From positions 11,792 to 75,791 of IMG/VR virus record IMGVR_UViG_3300031552_000002: a stretch of DNA of 64,000 bases. One strand, given 5' to 3'. This document shows, in pieces, positions 46,297 through 56,189 of the stretch. This DNA comes from a virus. A model generated the notes under the pieces. That model saw nothing but the letters and a program-made list of their open reading frames with translations, was not told where the DNA came from and did no database searches. Position 1 is the first letter of the stretch, and each line of letters starts with the position of its first letter. Made by a program: the position numbers and the translations under genes.

Positions 46297-48335
46297 TCTC
46301 CTTGCGCTGTGGCCCATCGGCCGGTGGCCGTCACGGTGAACACCGCACGGTGTAGATCCGGGTGCCCGGGATCGTGGACGTGCCCGATCCCGGTGGTGTC
46401 GGTGACGGAGAGGATCGTCACCCCGTCGATGACCCGCCCGGGGGCGTCATGGGTGATGGCCCGCAGGGTCTCCGCAGTGTCGCGGGCCTGTTTCTCGTCC
46501 AGGTGCCAGACCTGGAGGTTTAGGGATGACCTGGCTATCGCGCACCAGATGAGGGGCGGCGGCCCGGGAGGCTCGAAAACCGCCGCGTAGGGGACGAGCC
46601 CGGCAGGTAGGTCATCGGCGAGGGCGCCGGCAACGGTCAGCCCGGAGGGGGACGCCGGGTGCTCCTGTAGGAAGACGATGAGGGCAGCGCGTAGGTCCGG
46701 GACCGTCGCCGGGGTCCCGAGGCCGGGCCACCGCGTGATGGTGCCCGTCGCTGTCGCGGCCAGGGGCGGGGTGGCCGCCGTGGACGCGGCGAGGTAGACG
46801 GGAGAGTCCACGACGCCGGTCCCCGTCACGGCCACCGGGGCGGTAACGGCGTGGGAGGCCCCAGCGGCGGTGACGCTACCGGGCGCGGCCCCGGACACGG
46901 TGGGGACCAGGGCTACCGCGGTGGCAGCGGTGAAGACGACGCCTTGGACGCTGGCGGTCGAGGGCCCGGTAGTAGTGGCAGCAGCAGCTTCGATGAAGGG
47001 CGGCGTTGCCGTCCCGGTGGCAGCCGCTGTCACGAGGGAAGTAGTAGGGGCGGCCTGCCCTGAGACGGTGAACGTTCCTGTCGCAGCAGCCTGGACTGGT
47101 GCCGTAGCGGCGGTGGATACCCCGCCTGCAGGTGGGGTGTACGTGCCAGCAGCCGAGCTGGTCACCGGAGCGACCTGAGTCACGGCCGTCGCAGTAGCGG
47201 TGTACGTGCCAGCAGCCGAGCTGGTCACCGGAGCGACCTGGGCAGCAGCCGTCGCGGCAGCAGTGACAGTGCCCGCCGCTGCCCCGGTGACAGGTGCCGT
47301 GTGACTGTCGGCTGCCCCGGTGACTCCGGTTCCCGGCGTGAATGTCCCGGTCGCGGACGCTTGCACTGGGGCTGTGGCCGCTGCTGCGTCCCCAGCAGTA
47401 GTAGCTAAAAACAGGACGTCCGTGAAGTAACAGGTGCCGCCGCCGCCGGTCGGGTATTCGAGCCCGCTACCGCCGACTTTGAAACGCCCGTTGCGGGCAG
47501 GGGTCACAGAGTCATCGGCGGGCGCGGTTAGGTCACCGTTAGTGACGTCCGTAGTGAAGAACGCTAGAGAGTAGACGTATCTGTCCGTCCAGACGGCGGC
47601 GTAGAGGTCCGCGCCGTCCTCGACCTCGACCGGGGTATCGAACAGGACATCCTGCCAGCCTGGTGTCAGCGTCGAGAAAGCCTTCGAAGCGAGGAGGGTC
47701 CCGGCCGCGTCCGATGTCCGGGAGAACAAGCCACCGACAACCTGTGTCGGTGCCGTGTCCGGCATCCAGTAGCGGACCCCGACGATCGACCCGGCAGCAC
47801 CACAGACAATCCGCGTAACCAGCGTGTAATACACGCTGTCAGTGGCGTCCGTGACATTCGGGGTCTGATCCGTAAAGACGGACTGCGTCACGGTCTCGAC
47901 AGCCACAGCAGCAGCACTAGTTGTAGCGCCCACCGTGGATGACGACGACCCGAGAACCAGGACCGCCCCAGAGGCAGCACCAGAGACACTAGGCGCTGAC
48001 CCCGAGGAAACGCCGCTGTCAACGACGACACCAGCAGCGGAACCGGTGACAGCACTGACCTGTGCCTCTGACACCGCTAGAGCAGTAACAGCCCCGGCAG
48101 TAGCACTGGTGACAGCAGGAGCTACCCCTGGGGAAGACCCACTACTGGTGACGACACCGGTAGCGGCACCAGAGGTGTCGGGGACCTCAGCCGCCGACAG
48201 TCCACCGGTAGACACCTCACCCGTAGCTGCTGCCTCCACCGGGCCAGTGCCGGTAGTGCTTCCGGCGTAGAGAGACAGGGACTGGCTACGGACGATGACG
48301 GTCCGAGGGGGGAGTCCGCGACCGTACCGTGCCAT
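46293..48335 (-). CDS. Ala/Thr/Ser-rich fibre with DUF4082-like domain fused to a tail-terminator-like domain
   Basis: Low-complexity A/T/S stalks, GWQDVLFDTPV beta domain, C-terminal PDLRAALIVFL...LQVW...AVFTV. Confidence 0.6.
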   Translation of the reverse strand: MARYGRGLPPRTVIVRSQSLSLYAGSTTGTGPVEAAATGEVSTGGLSAAEVPDTSGAATGVVTSSGSSPGVAPAVTSATAGAVTALAVSEAQVSAVTGSAAGVVVDSGVSSGSAPSVSGAASGAVLVLGSSSSTVGATTSAAAVAVETVTQSVFTDQTPNVTDATDSVYYTLVTRIVCGAAGSIVGVRYWMPDTAPTQVVGGLFSRTSDAAGTLLASKAFSTLTPGWQDVLFDTPVEVEDGADLYAAVWTDRYVYSLAFFTTDVTNGDLTAPADDSVTPARNGRFKVGGSGLEYPTGGGGTCYFTDVLFLATTAGDAAAATAPVQASATGTFTPGTGVTGAADSHTAPVTGAAAGTVTAAATAAAQVAPVTSSAAGTYTATATAVTQVAPVTSSAAGTYTPPAGGVSTAATAPVQAAATGTFTVSGQAAPTTSLVTAAATGTATPPFIEAAAATTTGPSTASVQGVVFTAATAVALVPTVSGAAPGSVTAAGASHAVTAPVAVTGTGVVDSPVYLAASTAATPPLAATATGTITRWPGLGTPATVPDLRAALIVFLQEHPASPSGLTVAGALADDLPAGLVPYAAVFEPPGPPPLIWCAIARSSLNLQVWHLDEKQARDTAETLRAITHDAPGRVIDGVTILSVTDTTGIGHVHDPGHPDLHRAVFTVTATGRWATAQGE

Positions 48336-48336
48336 G

Positions 48337-48948
48337 TCACCACCTCGATGCTCGGTCGATAGCCGTCCTGCCGGCGTTCACAGGGCGGGGCTGTTTCGCT
48401 GGGGCGAGGAGAGCTGACCACGTCCCGAGGGGGGTGTCTCCGGCCCAGGTCTTGGTCCCGGTGGCACCGGTAGCGGCGAGCTGCTTGTAGGCGTAGCCGG
48501 TCCGGGAAGCTCCGACGATAGCGCCGGTCATTCCTGAAGGAATACTGGTCATATCGAAATACGACGACGCCGTACACACCAGGAATCCGTCCGGGAAACT
48601 ATTATCTAATGACGGGGAAACATATGACTTGTCAGCCTCAGAGTTAGCTATCAGCTCTGGCGCCGCACCTCTATACGCAGAGATAGACCAATAGATGTCT
48701 ACGTAAATGTTTCCCCAGGTCACAGACGGTGTTGACGGTCCGCGAACCGTTTTCCACAGTTGCCCGTAGTACGTCCCATATTCGACGGTAGTGTTCGAAC
48801 AGGTGGCACCGACCTGTTCCCACCCGGCGGGAGCCGTCAGCGCCTGGTAATAGGCGCGTGTCGTAGCCAGAAAAACGTCACCGGACTGGACCCCCGACGG
48901 TTCAGCGACAGAGTTCCAGCCACCGGACACCGCGACGAACGAAACCAC
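48337..48948 (-). CDS. Putative virion appendage protein
   Basis: PSGVQSGDV..., TAPAGW; lower GC. Confidence 0.5.
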   Translation of the reverse strand: MVSFVAVSGGWNSVAEPSGVQSGDVFLATTRAYYQALTAPAGWEQVGATCSNTTVEYGTYYGQLWKTVRGPSTPSVTWGNIYVDIYWSISAYRGAAPELIANSEADKSYVSPSLDNSFPDGFLVCTASSYFDMTSIPSGMTGAIVGASRTGYAYKQLAATGATGTKTWAGDTPLGTWSALLAPAKQPRPVNAGRTAIDRASRW

Positions 48949-48952
48949 GGCG

Positions 48953-49423
48953 TCAGGTCCGCTCGGAGTCCAGGGAGACCCGGACGTTCACCGCTGCCGG
49001 GGCCGTGCACCGGACTGCGAACCCCTCGGCGAGCGCGCAGTCCGGGGTGTTCCCCAGGGGCCACCGATACGCGACGAGGCCGCCGTTCGGCGTCAGTAGA
49101 AATTCTTTCAGGACTGTTAGGACGGTCGGTTCAACGGTCCATGTCTTCGCTGCCGTGAAACCGGCTGCTGCTACCCGCCCATACGACTGGGCTGGGGTCA
49201 CGGACGTGGAGTTCGTTCCCGGGCTGTTCGTGGCCCACGTCGAGGCACAGAACTCGACCAGGACAGGGACCGCTGACGCCGTGACGCCGTCGAAGCCGAT
49301 CTCGAAACCGAGGACGTCCAGGCAGAACGCCGCCCCGGACTTCACCCCGAGGACAGTCTTCGCCGTCCCCGCTGACAGTGCCACCGCGCCGCCAGTGGTC
49401 ACCGTGTACCCGGTTTTCGCCAT
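48953..49423 (-). CDS. Putative virion structural protein
   Basis: Beta-rich, in morphogenesis operon. Confidence 0.55.
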   Translation of the reverse strand: MAKTGYTVTTGGAVALSAGTAKTVLGVKSGAAFCLDVLGFEIGFDGVTASAVPVLVEFCASTWATNSPGTNSTSVTPAQSYGRVAAAGFTAAKTWTVEPTVLTVLKEFLLTPNGGLVAYRWPLGNTPDCALAEGFAVRCTAPAAVNVRVSLDSERT

Positions 49424-49425
49424 GG

Positions 49426-49860
49426 TCAGGCCCCTGCCGGGACGGTGACGGTCATCGACGTGATCTGGACGACGCCGCCGGTCGTAATGGTGGTGGTCCC
49501 CAGGGTCATGTCTCCGCCGCCGCCGGTCGCTGTGACCGTCCCGTCGAAAACTCCGTAGCCGTCCCCGGCCGCCTCGGTGGAGTCGAGGACACGGAACCAC
49601 CCGGCTGTTCCGTCATCTCCGGCAGTCCCGGACCGGGCCGAGGACACGTCGAGGGTCGCGACGCCGTCCGAGGCTGCGCCGAATGCCGGGTCCGCGAGGT
49701 CGATCTCGACGAGGAGGGTCCCGGTCGCCGACGACCCCGGCCCAGCTGGCCTGGACCCGGTGTAGATCCGGATCTTCCCTGCGGCAGACCCCGCATCGAC
49801 GAGGTCAACGATCGCATCGCAGGCCGCCGTCCGGGCAGCATTGATGAGGTTCAGAGTCAT
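49426..49860 (-). CDS. Putative collar/fibre structural protein
   Basis: GKIRIYTGSRPA, GTAGWFR. Confidence 0.6.
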   Translation of the reverse strand: MTLNLINAARTAACDAIVDLVDAGSAAGKIRIYTGSRPAGPGSSATGTLLVEIDLADPAFGAASDGVATLDVSSARSGTAGDDGTAGWFRVLDSTEAAGDGYGVFDGTVTATGGGGDMTLGTTTITTGGVVQITSMTVTVPAGA

Positions 49861-49912
49861 TTCTCAGCCTTCCTCAGATGGTATCGGTGACTTAAAGAAT
49901 CCAGCGAAGTCC

Positions 49913-50269
49913 CTATTCCCTGGCCCTGAAATCGGTCGCTGCGCCGGTCAGGATCAGTTGGGGGTGTATCCCGCGTTTCTGCGGTGTTCTGGTCGGTGTC
50001 GGTGCCGAGGCTGAACGTCGCGCGGAAGTTCCCCACTCCACATAGTTGGAATGCGCGGCTGACGCTGTCAGACGAAAAGAATTCCTGGGCAGTTCGTGAA
50101 CCTTGAGGCCCCTGATATACGCTCCGGTGTCACGGTGCGGAAGAGCCCGGCGGATTGCCGCCACGTGAACAGCCGTCGCTGCTTTCTTCATCCCTGCCCG
50201 GACCGCGGGGCTGTCCGCTAGCGCGCGTTCGAGCTTGGCCTGGTCGAGGCGGACACGGACACGGACCAT
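49913..50269 (-). CDS. HK97 gp10-like neck protein
   Basis: P.RDTGAY, YVEWGT. Confidence 0.75.
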   Translation of the reverse strand: MVRVRVRLDQAKLERALADSPAVRAGMKKAATAVHVAAIRRALPHRDTGAYIRGLKVHELPRNSFRLTASAAHSNYVEWGTSARRSASAPTPTRTPQKRGIHPQLILTGAATDFRARE

Positions 50270-50913
50270 CAGGAAGCCACCGGCTGGGCTCCCCAGGACC
50301 TGAGCCTCGCCGTGGACCAGGACAGGCCAGTCACATCGACGCGGGTGATGGGGTCACCGTCGAACGCGTATTCGGCGCCGTCCGGGCCGATGACCTTCGT
50401 CCAGGCGTCTACGCCGTACGCTGCGAGATCCGCGTCAACGGTCAGGGTCCAGGTCCGATAGGACCGCTGGCCGTCGGACGTGTCCTCACCGGAGTCCACA
50501 GGGTCGAGGCGCCCGACCAGGTCGAAGGCCGCCGTGTCGTCAGGGACCCGGGTCCGTGTCCCGTACGCGTCCACCACGACGCCAGCCGGGATGAAAGTCA
50601 GATCGTCGGTGGTGGGCCCGCCGAGGACGTCTTCCCTGGTCGCAGCGTAGACGCGGGCATGCCGCATCCAAGGACCAGAAGCGTCGAAGACCGTGACAGA
50701 GGCGACACGCGCCGTGGTGCCGTCCCGAGTGACCAGGACAGCCCCTACCGTCGGGGCCGACCGGACCCGAAACACTGCCTCCAGGGAGCACTGAGCACGT
50801 TCACCGGCCCCAGTGAGGACCCTGGAGGACGATCGGCGCGCTGAGGGGATCAGAGCGCACCGTCGCCGGACTCCGTCCACTGTCACCGGGTCACGGAGCA
50901 GCGAGAGCATCAC
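50269..50913 (-). CDS. Head-to-tail stopper
   Basis: Position; DAYG motif. Confidence 0.6.
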   Translation of the reverse strand: MMLSLLRDPVTVDGVRRRCALIPSARRSSSRVLTGAGERAQCSLEAVFRVRSAPTVGAVLVTRDGTTARVASVTVFDASGPWMRHARVYAATREDVLGGPTTDDLTFIPAGVVVDAYGTRTRVPDDTAAFDLVGRLDPVDSGEDTSDGQRSYRTWTLTVDADLAAYGVDAWTKVIGPDGAEYAFDGDPITRVDVTGLSWSTARLRSWGAQPVAS

Positions 50914-51299
50914 GTCCACGACAGGGGCCCCTGAAGGATCGAAGCCCCGGCCGAATCGACTCCGGAACGGATGAGGTCAACGGCCACCGGTGAGACCCGG
51001 GGGATGGCACCGGTCCAGGACGGGCCGCCGGAGATCGACGCGCTTTTCATGAGGGACGCTACGCCCTGCTCATCCCCTGTTTCGACCATGAAGGCTGCCT
51101 GGGCGACCGTGGCCTGCCGGAACACCTCGGCAACGCCAGCGTCCGTGGGAAGACTGTTGTCATCGACGTCATAGAGCGCCGTGACCAAGGGGCCGGTCAG
51201 GAGCGCCCTGGTGGCGGCCTCCAGGAGGCGGTCAACGTCCGGTGGCTCCTCCAGGCCGTCTGGGAGGACCAGGTCAGACGCTTCTGCGAACGCTGTCAC
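50910..51299 (-). CDS. Head-to-tail adaptor
   Basis: FAEASDL, RLLEAAT, ATVAQA, SASISG. Confidence 0.7.
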   Translation of the reverse strand: MTAFAEASDLVLPDGLEEPPDVDRLLEAATRALLTGPLVTALYDVDDNSLPTDAGVAEVFRQATVAQAAFMVETGDEQGVASLMKSASISGGPSWTGAIPRVSPVAVDLIRSGVDSAGASILQGPLSWT

Positions 51300-52312
51300 G
51301 GTGCCTTCTTCCTGCTTCTCCAGGTAGAGGCCCGGGACGCTGCCCGGGACCGGGCGGTGGCGGTGAGGGCTACTGTCTCGCGGCGTTCCCAGGCTCTCGC
51401 GGTGCGGCCCGTGTACCGGCGCCACGCTCTGGCCTGCGCCGATACGGTCCGCGGGGACCGGAGTCTCGTCGTCCGGCCGGGGATCCAGGCGACGAGGCGG
51501 TGACGGCACCAGGGGTGCATCAGCCCGGCGTCCCGTGCTTCCCGGAGGGTCCCGGCGACGCGGACCGTGCGACCGCTGGTCTCGACGCTGCCCGGGCTGA
51601 CGTCGTCCAGGGACAGGATGGCGTTCTCCCAGGGGACACAGCGAGCGCACGGTGACGCTGACCGCCCGACGACGACCAGACTGACCCCGGCTGACCGGCA
51701 GGCGTCCGTGTACTCATCGAGGGCTGCCTGCGCGTAGTGGGCCCGGACCGTTGTCTCAGCCCATGTTGTGAGGCTCCAGCGGCGGCCGGACGTGTCCACG
51801 AACACGGTTAGGCCCCGTGCTGCAGCCCGGTCTAGGACAGCCTGAATTTCCCGTGTCGGGTCGCCGGTGGAACGGCTGATGACGGTGACGGCTTCCAGGT
51901 ACGTGTCGTAGAGGGCCGAGGCCAGGCGTTCCTCGCAGGAGCGGAGTGCCGACCGGAGCGCTGTCGCTCTCGGCTCGGCGGCGGGGAGCGTTCCGGGGAT
52001 GGCCCGTTTCAGGTCACGTGCCGCGCTGGCCCGCGCTGAGGCTGTGAGGCTACGAAACGCGTTCTCGGCGACGCGTTGGACTCTCGGACCGAGGCCCTGG
52101 AGCCCATCGGAGACCCTACGGCGGGCACGCAACGGGTCCAGGGACCGACGCCAGACGTCGAAGGCCCCGGGGAGAGGCGGGGCGAGCTCGGACGCCAGCC
52201 ACGCCAGGAGCACCGTTAGGAACACTGCGTACAGGGCTGGGACAGTACCGGGCTCAGCATCACCCTCGGGAGACGTCACATATTCATCGACGTCACTCGG
52301 GGAAACCGGCAC
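51296..52312 (-). CDS. Minor capsid protein (MuF/phage_min_cap2-like)
   Basis: GRRWSLTTWAETTVR, CARC.PWE, GLMHPWCRH. Confidence 0.8.
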   Translation of the reverse strand: MPVSPSDVDEYVTSPEGDAEPGTVPALYAVFLTVLLAWLASELAPPLPGAFDVWRRSLDPLRARRRVSDGLQGLGPRVQRVAENAFRSLTASARASAARDLKRAIPGTLPAAEPRATALRSALRSCEERLASALYDTYLEAVTVISRSTGDPTREIQAVLDRAAARGLTVFVDTSGRRWSLTTWAETTVRAHYAQAALDEYTDACRSAGVSLVVVGRSASPCARCVPWENAILSLDDVSPGSVETSGRTVRVAGTLREARDAGLMHPWCRHRLVAWIPGRTTRLRSPRTVSAQARAWRRYTGRTARAWERRETVALTATARSRAASRASTWRSRKKAP

Positions 52313-53459
52313 GCCGCCGGACCTCCTCGATCAGTTCGGCCTTCGTCTTGGTCTCCGGGGATTCGACACCGAGCGCGAGCGCGGCCTCGACCCATTCCCC
52401 CTTGGACGCGTAGGACTTCGGGATGCCAGCGGTGATGAGCAGCTGGCGTTGCTGGTCCTCGGTCTTAGCAGCTGGCGCAGGGTCCGGCGTTGCCACGGTC
52501 CCCGTGGCCGCGACCTGGAGCGCCGGGACCGGCGTAGTCTCCTCGACGACAGTGACCGTCGCCGGTGCCGCTGGCGCTGGTGCTGCTGCTGCCGGCGCCG
52601 GTACCGCGGGGGCGGGGACCGTGCCGGGTTCGGCGATGGTTTCCCAGTTCGGGAGCCGTTCCAGACGGTCACGGCGGACTACTGAGTTTACGATCTGCCC
52701 CGTGTTGCGGTTCCGGTATCTCCAGGTGGTCATGATGGGTGTCTCCTCGTGGTGTTCCAGGGGCGTACCGGACCGGGTCTCGGCGATGATCGCGTGGAGG
52801 GCAGGCGGGTTCTTCGCCGCCCGCCAGTACCGGGACACGAGCGTCCATCCGTCTTTTGACCCTCGTGAGGGAGTCATCTTGGGCTGCTGCTCATGCCACA
52901 GGTGCCACAGCGTGGCCGACCCGCGCCACGGCAGGCCCAGGATCCCGGTGAGCGCCGTGCCCCAGGCTTGATCTTCTTGTCCCCAGCCGAGGAAACGAGG
53001 GTCTAACGGGACCATGTTGTAGTCCTCACGTCGGAGGACAACGATCCCGCCGCCAGCGACCCCGCCGTAAGGGCGGCGGCAGAGGACACCGCCGAGGACG
53101 TCGGTGTCTAGGACTGCCCTGGTCGATGCTTCGTCAAGCCGGTGCACGAGGAGATGGGGGACCGCCCACCGCGCGGCCCCCGAGGAGACGGCGTCGAGGG
53201 CATCGCTGACGCCGTTAGTCCAGACGTCAGCGTCAGCGACAATGAGGACACCATCGGTAGTAAGGGCAGCCCCCGCGTTGACAGCGGCGGCTTTAACCCA
53301 CGGGGTCACGCCCGTGGTATCGGCGACGATGACACGCCACCGCCGGGACCGGTCCTCGCGGGCGAGACGTCCCCACCACGTTTTCACGCGCTCGAACGCC
53401 CGGTCACGATGCGGGTCCCCAGTGCTGGCCCAGGGGATGACGACGGCCACGTCCCGCAT
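52293..53459 (-). CDS. Glycosyltransferase (GT7C-like) fused in frame to a small capsid-region protein
   Basis: VVIPW, VADAD, DPRFLGWGQED; internal RBS GAGGAG + ATG at 52733. Confidence 0.75.
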   Translation of the reverse strand: MRDVAVVIPWASTGDPHRDRAFERVKTWWGRLAREDRSRRWRVIVADTTGVTPWVKAAAVNAGAALTTDGVLIVADADVWTNGVSDALDAVSSGAARWAVPHLLVHRLDEASTRAVLDTDVLGGVLCRRPYGGVAGGGIVVLRREDYNMVPLDPRFLGWGQEDQAWGTALTGILGLPWRGSATLWHLWHEQQPKMTPSRGSKDGWTLVSRYWRAAKNPPALHAIIAETRSGTPLEHHEETPIMTTWRYRNRNTGQIVNSVVRRDRLERLPNWETIAEPGTVPAPAVPAPAAAAPAPAAPATVTVVEETTPVPALQVAATGTVATPDPAPAAKTEDQQRQLLITAGIPKSYASKGEWVEAALALGVESPETKTKAELIEEVRRRAGFPE

Positions 53460-54281
53460 TCAGCGTCCCCCGACCTGGGCAGGGTCATAGATCAGGCCCG
53501 TGGTGTCCCGGTACAGGAAATGCTCGTCCCAGATGGCGCGGAGAGCCTCAGGGCCGCCCTCGTTGAGGATCCGCCCGTAGGCGCGCCAGTGCGTTCCGAA
53601 ATCGGCAGGCAGATCGGGGGCAGCAGCGTACGCTGCTGCCCCGTTCCTGGCCTTCCGCTCGAACTGCTCAGGCGACCGGTACGGAAAGTGCCGGACTTCC
53701 AAGAAACGTCGGGTCCCGGGCTTGGGGAGAACCCCTGAGCCGAGCTTCACGCCGTGGTTTCCCTGCTCGATGACAGCGCCGTCCTCCCAGCGGATCGCGA
53801 CCTTAGGGAGGAGCCCCGGACGCGGGTCCTTCCACGGCATGAAATCGGGCCAGCACAGGCCGAGATCCGAGTAGTCCGGGTGTTCCGGGGTAGCCAGGGC
53901 ACAGTAGTGGTTGATCACGTCGCCGTAGAGGACGCGGTCCCCGGCGTCGCTCCTCCAGCTAAGGAGCCGGGAAAGCCTTATCCCTGAGGCGAGTGGTACC
54001 CACAGCTCATCAGCGTCGAACGGGACGACCCAGTCGGCACCCTTCTCGGCGGCGAGCCCGGCGAGACGGGTCATTTTCGCCGACTGGTAGTAGCCGGGCT
54101 CCGGGTCGTCGAGGACCGTCAGCGGTAGCTCTCGGGACAGCCGGTCCAGGATTTCCCGGGTGCCGTCCGTGGACCCGTTGTCCGCGATGATCAGGCCGTC
54201 GAGGTGCCAGACCAGATGACGGACCGTGGTCTCGATGACGTCGGCCTCGTCCAGGACCATCGATACCCCGAACGCCGTCAC
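53460..54281 (-). CDS. GT2-family glycosyltransferase
   Basis: DNGSTDGT, PFDADE, RHFPYRS. Confidence 0.85.
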   Translation of the reverse strand: MTAFGVSMVLDEADVIETTVRHLVWHLDGLIIADNGSTDGTREILDRLSRELPLTVLDDPEPGYYQSAKMTRLAGLAAEKGADWVVPFDADELWVPLASGIRLSRLLSWRSDAGDRVLYGDVINHYCALATPEHPDYSDLGLCWPDFMPWKDPRPGLLPKVAIRWEDGAVIEQGNHGVKLGSGVLPKPGTRRFLEVRHFPYRSPEQFERKARNGAAAYAAAPDLPADFGTHWRAYGRILNEGGPEALRAIWDEHFLYRDTTGLIYDPAQVGGR

Positions 54282-54937
54282 CGTGCCCGCCTGGCATTGA
54301 ACAGGACCGGGTGCACGACGTGCAACGGCTTGGTGTGAGGGCCCGTGAACATCCACGGCTCGTCATCCGGGTGCCTGGTCGCGTACAGGAGGTTCTGCCG
54401 GTACCAGTTTTCGATCCGGCTGTCTTCCCAGATCATCCAGCGGAGGGCTCCCGATACGGAGAACCCTTCTGCTTCGAAGAGGTCGGCCCAGATCCTCGGC
54501 GCCGCCTCGTTCAGGTGCCCGGTCCCGCCCTGCCCCGGGATGGCAGCAGACCACAGAACGGTGTCGGTGAGCGTGCCCAGCTCCGCCACGAGTCCGGCAG
54601 CCCGCGTGGAGGGAAGGTGCTCTCCGACCTCCAGGCAGGACACGAGATCGAACCGTCCCAGGCCATCAGCCCACGTGGGGTCCATGAGGTCGAGGCTCCG
54701 GAACCCGAAACCGGGGGCGAGCGCGTAGGGCGGGATCTCCCCGGAATCGACTCCGACGACCTCGGCGCCGCGGGCGGCCCACTCCGAGGCCCACCAGCCC
54801 TCACCGCAGCCCACGTCGAGAACACGCCGCGGGAACTCCAGGCCCAGCACGTCCTTGTAGAGGGCATCGAGGACCGGCCCAGCAGAAGCCTGTATGCCGG
54901 GGCGGATCGTGTCGTAGAAAGCCCTGTTGTACGTCAT
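54278..54937 (-). CDS. Class I SAM methyltransferase
   Basis: VLDVGCGEG, FDLVSCLEVGEH, PGQGG.GHLNE. Confidence 0.85.
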   Translation of the reverse strand: MTYNRAFYDTIRPGIQASAGPVLDALYKDVLGLEFPRRVLDVGCGEGWWASEWAARGAEVVGVDSGEIPPYALAPGFGFRSLDLMDPTWADGLGRFDLVSCLEVGEHLPSTRAAGLVAELGTLTDTVLWSAAIPGQGGTGHLNEAAPRIWADLFEAEGFSVSGALRWMIWEDSRIENWYRQNLLYATRHPDDEPWMFTGPHTKPLHVVHPVLFNARRAR

Positions 54938-55527
54938 CGGGCGTGCCCCTGCCCCGAGCCGACGAGCATCATCCAGGCCACGCCCCGAGGAGTCGGGAGA
55001 TACAGGGGTGGCCGGATCACGCCTTGACGTTCCAGGTCGTCGATGAACCCCCGGGTGATGTGCTGCGGGCCGGTGTCGTGGATGCCGATCACGGTCCGGG
55101 GGGTCATCCACGGGGTTAGGCGCAGCAGCTCGGCGGCCCTGAGGTGCGGCTCGGAGTCCAGCCACAGAAGGTCGATGTCACCAGGCGGTGGGCACCACTC
55201 GGTGGAGTCCACGCAGTGCACGGTCACGGGCAGGTCCTCGGCCGCGCAAGCCTCACGGGTCTGCTCGGCACGCGCCGGGTCGATCTCCAGAGCGTGGAGG
55301 ACCCCGCGCCCGGCGTCAGCGAGGACCCGGCCCACGCGGAGCGTCGTGGTCCCCATGTGAGCCCCGGTCTCGACAACGACCCCGGGCCGGAGCGCCACAG
55401 CCATCGCCGCCACGAGTTCGGCGACCTCAACCTCGGTAGCGAGGTCGTCCGTGGCATGCCACAGGTCAGGGTACGGGCAGTCAGGCCGGGGCGCGGTCCA
55501 CGTGGATTCGGGGAGCAGGGGGATCAT
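54934..55527 (-). CDS. Class I SAM O-methyltransferase (Methyltransf_24-like)
   Basis: VVETGAHMG, LEID, IDLLWLDS, IHDT. Confidence 0.8.
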   Translation of the reverse strand: MIPLLPESTWTAPRPDCPYPDLWHATDDLATEVEVAELVAAMAVALRPGVVVETGAHMGTTTLRVGRVLADAGRGVLHALEIDPARAEQTREACAAEDLPVTVHCVDSTEWCPPPGDIDLLWLDSEPHLRAAELLRLTPWMTPRTVIGIHDTGPQHITRGFIDDLERQGVIRPPLYLPTPRGVAWMMLVGSGQGHAR

Positions 55528-56189
55528 CAATATCCTTTTCCGGTCCGGGTGCCCGAATGGACACACCACGTGCCAGTATCTCGCGGTCCCCAATAGCCGG
55601 CTCTCGCCGCCGGGTCGGCGAGGACACCGAACCGGAAGGCAGCCTCGGATCCCTTCTGCTCAGGCCAGGGGACGTCGAGGATCCGGCGCGGGAACAGGGA
55701 CGGGTTACACGTCCAGTACAGGCGGTGCTCCAGCCAGGTCAGGTCTCCGTCGGACTGGTCGGTGTAGGCGAACGGCCACTGCTCGATGACGCCACCGGCT
55801 GCGAGTTCCGGCGCGGACCAGGGTTGCCGTCGGAGCGCCAGCTGCACCAGGTCAGGGTGTTCGTTGAGGACCCTGGCCATGTCGTCGAGGTCCACGGTGC
55901 GCGTCAGCGTGAAATCGGTCTCGAACCAGAAAATGTGGTCTGCCTTAGTCCTCTTAGCGAGGACACCGCGAACGTGCCGCATCATGCCCGTGAACCCCCG
56001 ACGTGGGCCGTACCCGAGATGCGACCACCCCTGGTAGACATCCATCAGGGACCGTCGGAAACCGGTATCACCGGAGTCGTCATGGAACCAATATTCGGTC
56101 ACTGGGCCGCCCCGGAGGAGGCTGAGGGACGCTATCGCCTCGGAGACTCCTGGTCGCCCGTCAGACAGCGCCACCAGTGCGACGCTCAC
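55527..56189 (-). CDS. Putative GT-A fold glycosyltransferase
   Basis: HDDSG, FWFETDF, WTCNPSL, HSG. Confidence 0.65.
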   Translation of the reverse strand: MSVALVALSDGRPGVSEAIASLSLLRGGPVTEYWFHDDSGDTGFRRSLMDVYQGWSHLGYGPRRGFTGMMRHVRGVLAKRTKADHIFWFETDFTLTRTVDLDDMARVLNEHPDLVQLALRRQPWSAPELAAGGVIEQWPFAYTDQSDGDLTWLEHRLYWTCNPSLFPRRILDVPWPEQKGSEAAFRFGVLADPAARAGYWGPRDTGTWCVHSGTRTGKGY

